Source: Squalus acanthias (taxonomy: Eukaryota). From it: DNA of 64,000 nucleotides. Of this stretch, positions 53,359 to 64,000 are shown in pieces. The notes under the pieces are model-generated. The model did not search any database. It was not told the origin of the DNA and saw nothing but the letters and a program-made list of their open reading frames with translations. Made by a program: the position numbers and the translations under genes. Within the stretch, counting starts at the first letter, position 1. The number at the start of each line of letters is the position of its first letter. Location of the stretch: assembly GCA_030390025.1 (NCBI GenBank), contig CM059437.1:83762001-83826000 (forward strand). Direction: 5' to 3'.

Positions 53359-53584
53359 TTGAATTCAGCTACAGGAAAATCAACCAGTCTCAGGTTCCCA
53401 ATCCTTCTTAAGTATGCAGTCAGTTTCCCGTCAGGCACCAGCGTGAAGTGGCAAAGACTACAGCACCTTCTTTGGCTTAGAGGTTTCCAATTGGTCTCTG
53501 AATCAAAGTCAAGTTGAGCTGACTGTTTACTCGAACTGAATTCACTGTTTTCCAAGTTTCATCAAAACCCATCCGTCAACCAAA

Positions 53585-53720
53585 CCCAGATATAGCCCAG
53601 ATTCTTGTGGCAACTGCTCCTCTTTTCCCAGATGACATTCCAACATAGATAACAAGCTGCTTCAAACAGGTGAGAATATTTTACTGATCTTCAAAATAAA
53701 ATGTACTCTATTTTTGGTGA
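53585..53720 (-). promoter_or_regulatory. Candidate muscle-type internal promoter (TATA-like, E-boxes, MCAT/TEAD, MEF2)
   Basis: TATATC at 53594-53589, CAACTG at 53611, CATTCCA at 53636-53642, CAGGTG at about 53668 and TCTATTTTTGGT at 53707-53718. Confidence 0.4.
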
Positions 53721-54568
53721 TCCCTGTAACTCCTGATTGGATATTCAATCGCTATAGCCCTGAAGGGTCATATATTCAAGCAATACAACACACAATTAAA
53801 CAGTTCAGTTCTCAAAAGATACAGGTCTGCAGCACTTTTTTTGTTTTGCTTTTTTGAACTGTACTGGGTTTTCCTTTAGTGAGGGACTCAAAGGGTATCA
53901 AAAGGATTCTTCAAATACAGAAGAAATATACACAAGACATGACACACACATGTTTGAATTGAACTCACTATAACCTGAAGTAGCAATACTGAGAAGTTAA
54001 TAAACATTATATTGGGAGGAAGGGCAAATCGCAGACGTTGGATAAAGCACACACTTTTTTGTTTATTTACTTTTGAGGGTAAGATAGCTTCTTTGCACTA
54101 TCTATAACCAGAGGGTAGATTGGTGATCTGGTCTCTGGCTTTGTTGCTTGGAGATCAGCCGCTAAAAGATGCATTTGAGCAGACTGGCATTCTTGCCAAA
54201 TTTCCTTCCCTCCAGGAAACAAACTGGCTTCTACTTAGCATCTCAACATGGACCTTTGGGATATAGCAGACGCAAATCTTCACTGCCATTCTCTAGCAGC
54301 CCAACATTATTCTCACTTTCAACAAGTAACTGTCGCTCCTTAGCGCCACACTACAATAGCCTCAGCAATTCTTCTATTTTTCTATTCATTATTCTTCCAT
54401 TCTAAACTGTGAAGGATAGAGTACACAGTGTATTGAAACATTCCACTACATTTCACTGATGGTGCATGTGGATCAGACAGCTCACTTTTACACTCTGTAC
54501 TTCCAATAAAATTATGACTCAGAAGTTGGTAAGATATGTCCAGGGCCTTGCTATCTGATCTATCAGTC

Positions 54569-54578
54569 CCTTAAATGG
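54569..54578. promoter_or_regulatory. Perfect CArG box (SRF site)
   Basis: CCTTAAATGG fits CC(A/T)6GG, about 1 kb upstream of the candidate first exon. Confidence 0.4.
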
Positions 54579-57500
54579 TTTGGTTTACACAGCCCTGTGT
54601 ATCTCATGCTTGTATTTTTAATTTTCTTCAACATAACCTCATTCAACTTAGGTCAGTATAACTTTTCTCTAGACAAGATGACAGTTCTGCACAAATCTCT
54701 CATTTAAAAACTCCACATATAATCTACAATCTGAACCTTGACACCAGTGTTTTGTTTAACATAAGACAGTGGTTATGTGTTTTATCAATCGATAACAGAA
54801 AGCATCGCTAGCAATCACATTTTTATTTTCTGTTAAAAAAATTCCCCCAAATTAAGTTTTATTTTTAATTGTCAAGGGCAAAAAGCCGTGAGCTGCTGCT
54901 CCTCAGTCCGTTAGGACTGCAGCTAGAAGCAACACTCACAGCTGTTGTTGAACATATTTGATCCTTGCTCTCAGTGATAACACACAGAACTTCAAACTGA
55001 CACAGGAGACGTCATGTAAACAAATCAGCAAAGAGGGAAGAGATTGGCAATTGGCACAGATTAACACAACAACCAGGGTCTCCCAGGCCAAAAAGTATCA
55101 CCTAACCTCCCAACAGACATAAAATATTATGGTCAAATCTAATGCAGTGTAGGACTTTGACTGCTAAAAGGCAAGTTTAGGAAGTATTTCTCTATACACA
55201 GGGTGATCAACAGCTGGAAAAGGTTGCTAGGAAAGGTGAGCAAGGCTGGTATATTCAGCACAGCATGGGAGACATGGAGGCCAATTGTACTGCATCATCA
55301 CAAAGGGATTGAACATGGACCTTCCTGTTCTGTTGGCTCAGTTACACAGTGTTTAGCAAATAAGCCACAAGTGAGGTATATCTATGAATGTAATACATTC
55401 AAGATGCCAGCCACACCTGGACTACGGTAAGAAATGTCAAGGAACATTAACAAGTCCCTCCATGCTTGTAATAATACACATTAAACCTTTACAAAAATAA
55501 AAACCTAAAACTTTTGGTTAAGCAAAAATAGACAGAATATAACATTTATTCTACTAATGTAGATTTTCTAATGACTAATGGGTTCCTCCCTGCTCTTGAA
55601 ACAAACAATATTCTCCACTGTATAATCCATTAAATAGCTACAAGGTAAAATTCTGTCAAATTGGAAGATGTTACACTTCTAACAGCTGCCATTTTGACCC
55701 TTACAATGAATGCCCATCCACTGCTGCGTGATGTGCAACAGATGCACTGATCCAATCACCATCAATCACAAGTTGCTAAGAATGGTCTCCTACAGTAGAT
55801 GGCAAACTGAAATTATCCACCACTCTACAGGATGAATTCCATGACGCAGAAAAGAGAAACTGAATCCGTCCCAATGGTAGGACACAGTGCATTTCACCCT
55901 CAACACCAGATGCAGTGTCAGATTATTGTCGTCTAAAAAGATAATACATGTTGACTTCAGTGTATTCAGCAATCCATTTCCTGGAAAGAATTTTGCTTTT
56001 TCAGTCCTGCTCATGGCTTTCCTTTTACCCATATTTGCAGCAAAATAAAGCAGACTAAAAATATAATTCACATTTCTCAATTGCATTCGGGGAGGGGATA
56101 CAATTTCAAACTATTAGCCATGGCAAAGTTTTATTCAAAGATATGTGGCTTCCTGTAAATTTAAAATTATTTTGAAATTCGTTCTGTAACAGAGGCGGTT
56201 AAAAACATCTGATTTAGAAGTACTAAGCACCAACGAGACTGTGAAGAGCAGATACCAATGAAAATGATTAAAAAATAAATGATAATTTGTGCAACACAGT
56301 GAACTATACTCTACACAATGCAGGAGCACTCTACTGTCAAACAAAAATCATTATATGTACCAATGACATGTAGCCAGGCAAGCTAAGAATTATTAGCAAA
56401 TTCTCTGAGTTTAGATTAATGAACTAAATGAATCTTAATCTTGTGGTTTGAGGTCATTTCAATGTTTCTGAAGAACTGGAGCATTTAGTCAACACAAAAG
56501 AAGTGCAAGATATCAGCAAGGGATGTCTTTTTGGACAGTAGCAGTTCAACATACATGGTCAAATTTCCTGGAGAAAACTAGGTACCAATGCTGATTGATG
56601 CAAAAGAATAAAGATACCAGATAATCCAGTCAGACTAAACTGCAGCATTTTCCTACCAATCCTTTTATTCCACTAGCTCATGTCCCATCTAAAGCCATCA
56701 ATTTAATAGATATTAAATAAAAGCCTTCAGTTAGTCCTACAGAACAGCTGTGAATCGCTGGAATATAGTCTTCTGCATCTCAGTCACCATTTTAATTCAA
56801 AACTGTGCCACAGACATTTGATTTCCTCTTTTATTGAATGTTAATCTTCTTTCCTATTCAGATGTTGGAAAATAATACATCTCATTCCTCCCCTCTTCTC
56901 CTGAAGGTGCTGACTCTTACAAGACGATCTATAACTGGCAGTCAAATCTGCCAATGCCCATTTTGTGCCCCGCCAAAGTTGAATTTAACCCCTACAGTAT
57001 CAGTCAACCCAAATTTTATTTACTCTTGCAATGTGTGGTGCAGGTGTGCTCAAAGTACTTTGCCCAAGTGTTTCCCCTTAGTTAAAATGTATGGTGTGTG
57101 TTTTTTACTTCCTAACTGTATGCTCTAAGTGTATCCCAAATGTAAGAAGGAAGTGAGGTGGATGGATGGCTGCAGGATGTCAGTATCAATCTCCTTATGT
57201 TGGGTCAGTAGATGGCCCTTCAACTCAAGGCACCATGGGTACTGACGGGGTGGATGCCTGGGCCTTTATGCTATGTGACACATCTCTGGTTATTTGAGCA
57301 GGGCATCTGGGTAATATGGTTGTGGCATTGCACTAAAAAACACATGCATCATCAGTGCCAGCTCCTGCTATTGGTCACTCCAACCAGAAATCTGTGTGGG
57401 AGCAGACCACCGGGTAGCTGTGAGGTGGTCAAAGCCCTGCATTATCTAGTTCCATTTTATCGTCCTTTATGCTGTGTCTGCACCTATTTCTGGGATGCAA

Positions 57501-58409
57501 TGGAAACCAAAATCAGCCCCAGTATCTCTAGCATGCAATTTATCCATTACACTTAAGGCACCCATGTCACATTTGCACCCAGTTGGTTCATATTTACAAA
57601 ACTAAAACTGAACAAGTAGGCAATGTATAAGTCAGCAAGCAGGTATGAAAACCACCAAAAATGAAGGTGATAAAACTACGAATCAAGAAACGGTCATATT
57701 AACAGCTACCAACCAATAGCTATTGATAAAAAGGCAAACCAATCAAATTGCTCAAACAACTTTTAGAAAACAATTTTAGCCACCACCTTGGACTCTCCTA
57801 CCCCAGATGTTAACTGTGGAATAAAGTTTGTAACAAAATAAAAACATAAAATGTAATAAATATTTAGAAGAAATTATTAAATTTAGCTATACAATAGCAT
57901 TTTCTGTGTTTAAAATGTGTCTAACAAAGCTTTTCCGGAGAGGCCTGTACCTCTCTGAAAAGCCTAAGGCTTGAGCTCATGGGCTTGCCAGTCATCACTG
58001 GCAGTTGAAGAAAATTAACTCCTCGAACTCCCATAACAAACTGTGCCTACAATTCCCAGCATGTCCACACTGAATTAGCGCAGACAATGTGCAGAAAACT
58101 TCTAAAATGATCAGCATGATTCTCTGCAGACAGACAATATCCACACAACAAAGCCTAAGAAAGGCGGCAACAATAAGTCATACATCGGAAAGGTACCAGG
58201 TTTGATCTCCAGTAAGTGCTGAATTAGCTGATCTCTGCCGTGGCAGCAGTGAGGATACTACAATTAATCTTAGTGTGCCTGGACTAAGGAGGGGGGGAAA
58301 GCAGCTATGGTTCACCTCCTTACCACTTCACAGTAAACTTTGCTGCAGTAAACTAGTGTTTGAGCTCAGCTCTAATGCCACCCAGAGTTGACTAGCCTGC
58401 TGACATTCA

Positions 58410-58541
58410 GGGGGTGAATTTCCGTGGAGGCTCTCCACTCGTTCACTGGAACTTCCGACAGAAAAGTCATGGAAACCAGAGAAAAACGGCATTCTGGGTT
58501 TCTGCAGCTCTTCCGAAGAACCTCAGCAGAAATTCACCCCC
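58410..58541. mobile_element. 132-bp Harbinger-type MITE inserted in an old SINE
   Basis: TIR GGGGGTGAATTTC / GAAATTCACCCCC with a TCA 3-bp TSD. Confidence 0.75.
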
Positions 58542-59977
58542 TCACTCTATGGGGTCACATATGAAGACATCCCACTTTAGTGAGGTATGGGAGGGCTACT
58601 CACAATGGTGAAATTATACTTCTCCTGAGACACTGCCTCTGATGGGAGAGGAAAGAAAACGTTTCATCAAAATTTTGTTTCCATATTAATATAAAGTGTA
58701 CCAATCACATGGTGAAGTAATAATGAGATGTTTCAGTGTTACTACTGGACATGGTAAAGTCATGCTTAAGAGATAAATAGAAGCAAGAATTCTAACCGAA
58801 ATATAAAAGTCAAACATTTGGAATATATATTTATTAATGGCAATAATAAATCAGAACAAAAATGTTTATACTTTGCCAGCACTAACATTCGCAAAGCTGT
58901 TGCATCCCACTGTTTGTATTTTATTTAATTAAAAACACAAACATTAGTATCAAACAACAATTTTGCTACATTATCTAAAGCTTTTACTCTTAAATTATTT
59001 CAGAATAGGTTTTATTGAGCAAAACAATATGCTTCTCAAGGTCAATGTACTCACAGTTCACTGTAACCCAATTTCAAATCACTCTACCATCTGGCTGGCC
59101 TTCATTCTAACAGAATACGCCTCTTGAATTCCTCATGTCATACATAACCCAGGGAATAGAACGTCATTCTCCCCAAGGTAACAAGTGCCAAACAACTGCT
59201 TGTACCTTCACGGTGTAAACCGTGCCCGACTACCTCTTCAGTATCAAACTCTGGATAAATGTATGGAAAGTCAGAGCTCAGAAATCTCACTTTTCTACCA
59301 CGTCAGCGCAGGACTCCATGGTCCATGATAATAATGGGTAGTAATAAGGTTACCCAGCATTTACTGTGGATCAAAAATGGCCCAATTAAGATAAAAGAAA
59401 TGCTTGTGCAGCAATTATCATTAATGAAGCACAAAATCTACAAAGATACTGTAGAATGTGGTAACGTCCACGTCCTTATATTTAGTGACTGATGCTATCT
59501 TTCTGATTAGAGTTTAAATCAGACATCGCCCATCTCCCTCCACCCATACAACAAAACAACCAATACATATTAGGTGTACACCAAGAAACTCCTAAGCACT
59601 TTTGAATGCAGCAAAACTCTGACTTGTTACTCACAGCCTTCCCCATCAACATTCACAAGCAAATTTCAATGGAGTGCTAAGTTATTGGAGGACAAAGATG
59701 AACACTGTATTTGAATCCTACAGTTTCTCTCTACATTAAGTGAACAGTCTCACTTTTTATTATTTTTTCCAAAAAGGTTAAATGAGAGACAAGATAAAAG
59801 CTTAGCCTTGTTCAAAGATGTTCAGTAATGTTTCACTTGAAATCCTGATTATGGGTTTCCAAAAACTTTGCTGCTGAAATATATTTGGTTTTGAATTTCA
59901 GGTCACGGAAATAAATTTTTGCAGTAAAATCAGGAGTATAATCTGTGGCAGGTTGGGAAGCAATAAGGGGACTAAAA

Positions 59978-60711
59978 CATGTTTTCAAACTGGGGTCTAC
60001 AGCTTTTAAGGGTCCACAAAAGCATCCCAAGGGTCCCTGACGTCATTATATTTTTTTCCCAAAGAACTGTCACACCTCACCTCAATCATGGAGGAAAAAA
60101 AAGAGGCAAGAAGAAATCCGAGTGAGAGACACTGAGAAAAACAGGGATAGTAAGAAAAACAAGATAGAGGAGCCAGTTTTTAGCTCCATTACGTCTCAGG
60201 AACAGATCTTCGCCATTTTGCATGACGTTTGAGTTTTTAAATCAGTACTGCACTTAAGTGTCAGCCTAGATATTGGTTCTCAAGTCTCTGGAACTGGACT
60301 TGAGCCCACAACCTTCTGACTCAGAGGCAAGTGTGTTACCAACTAACACCCAACAAATTTACACGAATACATAAAAATCAGCCCCAGAATCTAAGAAAAA
60401 GGAAAATAATCAGAATGAGAAATGGAAGAACAGAGAAGTAAGAAAGATAGAGAGTGAAATCTCAGTGGATCCACAAGGTTATTAGATTTCTCAGTTTTAT
60501 GACTAATGTAGCACCTTGAGAATTTAGTACTCTATATTTTTTCATTGGTGACCTACTATAATATGATTTCTGCAATGATCACAGTATTTCTTTAGGTAGA
60601 TAACACCATCTTCCAGTAGTTAGGACACAGGGTCCCCCAGGAGTGTGTCAATATTTACAGGGATACCAGGGACAGCATCAGTCTCCCACAATGGAAAAAT
60701 TGAAAACCACT
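59978..60711. mobile_element. Old hAT/Charlie-like non-autonomous element with a DeuSINE head fragment inside
   Basis: Ends CATGTTTTCAAACTGGGGTC...TTGAAAACCACT; GGGTCC(C) subterminal motifs. Confidence 0.4.
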
Positions 60712-62999
60712 AATGTAAAGGGGGGAGGGGAGAAAAATAAATATTATGCCAAAAGAAAGAGCATTTAGCACCCATTTGTAACATTTAGCTTTTTGTAGTA
60801 GTTTATTTAAATTGTTATTCATTAATGCCCTGCTGTTTTATGTTCCTCCATTTTTTGCTCTGATTATCTTCTCCTACCTCTCCTTAAAGTGGAGATAAGA
60901 GTTTCATGGTTTCCTAACTCTAATTCTTTCATATGGTAACTTAGAAAATAAGTGTACACTGGCTATTTGACTGTGGAAGGTGGTGACCAAAAATGTACTT
61001 TTTGATTTAAATTCTTTATGGCTAGAATCAGCACAAGGGCCAAATCCCACAGGCACACAGGGCATTTCTCAACAGAAAGGTTCAGATACCAGAAATGCTG
61101 GTTACTTGTTACCAAGAAAAGCATAATGGGCTGTCCAAGGTGTTAGTTGACCAGAGTCATCACGTTCAATCACAAGCATCCTTGCCACTGTCAAAAGATT
61201 GGATTGAAGTGAAATCTTCTGTGGATTGCTGCTGATTTAATGTATTATGGGAGATGCAGTTGTTTATTGCCTTTTGTTTCAGTATAACTTCAAAAGGAGT
61301 TTGCATCATATTTTTGTGAGTAAGCTTGCCTGAGAAAGGCAATCAGTCTTCAGCTTTCCAGCCAGAGAAGAGGTGTGTGTTTGAGTTCTGCATCAACAAA
61401 CAGAGGAGCTTGGTCAGTTAGAGGCTGTGGAATGTTGCAGTGTAAAGACTGTGTCTATATTTCAAAGTTGATGTTTAGAGGGAATTTAAGTGGTGTCGTT
61501 ATTATTTTATGTTTCGAGGAGAAGAGAGAAATGTATGATTAATTGTTTTATACTGTTTACTGTTCATTTAAAAGCCTTATGTAAACAAAACCACTTGTTG
61601 GTTCAGAGCTTCAATCTCAGTCTAGTAAGAGTGTATATTTGGCCCATTTTTCAAAGAAAGGAGAATCAAGTGGTGGAATGTGACATTTTCAGTCGTTCTG
61701 GCGTACAGTGTAATGATTCTCTGTTATGATCTTTGGGCCTCACTATCGTTTACCTAGACATTGGGCAGAAAAAGATTATAGGAAATGTGAGTGGTCAATG
61801 ATGGTGAATCCAAGAAAATATCTATGTAAAAACCCAAAAAACATGTCAAAGACTATCAGAGTTGAGCCTGGCCCATTGTCACTGCATCCATATATGCACT
61901 TTCCAGTATGAGTTGACGTCACAGTAGTTAGGAATGGAAATTGAGGGATTTTTCTTATTCCTATCCAAGAGATACTGAAGCCAATTCCAACTCCCTCACC
62001 CAAATTGTGAAAAAAAAAATGTACTTGTGGAACGACTATGTGGCACAATAGCTACAGTAGAGTTCTACTGCCAACTCACTAAAAAGCCATTAGTATGACT
62101 TACAGTGAGCGTCAGTAGGTTATTTAACTGAAGAAACAACACAGCCGAGTTTGATCTCGTCCTTCCCAACAACAATAACATGAACTTTCCAGCAGGAGTC
62201 ACTGGATAGCTAATGAGAGTGGAATTTCTGTCTGATTTTGCTCCTTACCCACCCAGGAAATGTTGAGGTCAATTGTTGCATTCCAGCTACATTCTGGCTG
62301 TGAAAAGCTAAATAGGCACAGATCAAGAATGGAACCTTCTTGTGTGTCCGGCTCATGACTGTTGAACCTTTCAGATGAGTACACACTAGCATCTATTTGC
62401 TCCTGAACCAAATTTTAAGTAAAAGATTACATTACTGTGAGTTTTAAGCAACTAATGTGTCTACATGTTGAATACTGTGGTGCCTCACTGTGCTGACTCA
62501 AATCTCCTGAGAGGAAACTAAAGATTATGTGTGTGTGGCCTGAAAAATAAGTGTTATATGGCAAAGAAGATAGATAAGAATTTAACTAATAAAAGCATGA
62601 ACAGTACTCAATGTTTAGACATGCAGGAGCATAACAATAATTATTCATCAAAAGATGACATCATAAAGAAATGAGATTGGGTTATATTTTGTACCGAGTA
62701 TAATAGGCACAATGATCAGACAGAAATCTCCCATTGACTTCATAGTTTCTAATCAAATCAACAGGTTTTGATGAAAATAAAATTTAAAAAACAATTTTAA
62801 AAATAGAAAGCAGTAGGATGTGGTTTTGCTCCCATTGTTCCTTGCACACACACAAGTTCCTAATCTTATCAGAGCCACTGGGGAAAACCCAAGCATTTCT
62901 CTACAGGAGGAAGGAAAATCAGAGATAGGATATTACTCCAGGCACTTCCCAGCAATTACGAGAAGCCCACATAGGAGCAGCATAAGGGAGACTCTGAAG

Positions 63000-64000
63000 C
63001 ATAGAAACATAGGAGATAGGAGCAGGAGTAGGCCATTCGGCCCCTTGAGCCTGCTCCGCCATTCAATGCGATCATGGCTGATCATCCAAATTTAGTACCC
63101 TGTCCCTGCTTTCTCCCCATATCCCTTTAGCCTTAAGAAATATATCTAACTACTTCTTGAATATATTTAATGAATTGGCCTCAACTGCCTTCTGTGGTAG
63201 AGAATTCCACAGGTTCACCACTCTCTGGGTGAAGAAATTCCTCCTCATCTCAGTCCTAAATGGCTTACCCCTTATCCTTAGACTGTGACCTCTGGTTCTG
63301 GACTCCACCATCGGGAACATCCTTCCTGCATCTAGTCTGTCTAGTCCTGTTAGAATTTTATAAGTTTCAATGAGATCCCTCTCATTCTTCTAAACTCTAG
63401 CGAATATAAGCCTAATCGACCCAATCTCTCTTCATACGTCATTCCTGCCATCCCAGGTATCAGTCTGGTGAATCTTCGCTGCACTCCCTCCATGGCAAGA
63501 ACATCCTTTCTCAGATAAGGCGACCAAAACTGCACACAATACTCAAGGTGTGGTCTCACCAAGGCCCTGTACAACTGCAGCAAGACATCCTTGCTCCTGT
63601 ACTCGAATCCTCTCGCTATGAAGGCCAACATACCATTTGCCTTCTTAACCGCCTGCTGCACCTGCATGCTTAGCTTCAGCGACTGGTGCACAAGGACACC
63701 CAGGTCTCGTTGCACTTCCCCTTTTCCCAATCTATTGCCGTTCAGATAATAATCTGTCTTCCTGTTTTTGCCACCAAAGTGGATAACTTCGCAATTATCC
63801 ACATTATACTGCATCTGCCCAATCACCCAACCTGTCCAAATCATACTGGAGTTTCTCTGCATCTTCCTCGCAGCACACACGCCCACCCAGCTTTGTGTCG
63901 TCTGCAAACTTGGAGATATTACATCTAGTTCCCTCGTCTAGATCATTAATATATATTGTGAATAGCTGGGGTCCTAGCACTGATCCCTGCGGTACCCCAC
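63000..64000 (-). mobile_element. CR1 LINE 3' portion, same family as 160-1158, running off the window end
   Basis: Minus ORF 63350-63907 is nearly identical in protein to ORF 146-1066, with frameshifts; tail CATAGAAACATAGG. Confidence 0.95.

Noticed and set aside
53720-63000. Upstream smoothelin exons (MKTTFTIEIK / ELTLGL regions)
   Set aside because: Not recognisable here; they probably lie beyond the window end, though a diverged small exon could be missed.

Overview
Eukaryotic (vertebrate) genomic DNA, not prokaryotic. The repeat complement (HER1-like CR1 LINEs, tRNA/Deu-domain SINEs, PIF/Harbinger MITEs, Penelope-type palindromes) points to a cartilaginous fish, probably a shark; this is an inference. 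The window holds the 3' half of a smoothelin (SMTN) gene on the minus strand. Eight phase-compatible GT-AG coding exons (50623 down to 35014) are followed by two alternative, mutually homologous exons that complete the calponin-homology domain (30443-30290 and 11648-11522). There is a candidate muscle-type internal promoter and first exon near 53.3-53.7 kb and a possibly long 3' UTR reaching about 5.0 kb. The rest is intron and downstream DNA packed with nested retroelements and DNA transposons. The most unusual signals are: short TSD-flanked insertions carrying minimal hammerhead-ribozyme motifs (16554-16690 and 4419-4613); a 23-bp inverted repeat enclosing an exon-like 80-nt segment in the last intron; a 150-nt AG-exclusion zone before the alternative exon; and a decayed intron-containing Harbinger Myb/SANT gene. 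Exon coordinates were read by hand from splice sites. Repeat boundaries are approximate and family names rest on recognition, not database searches. I see no clearly new gene system.
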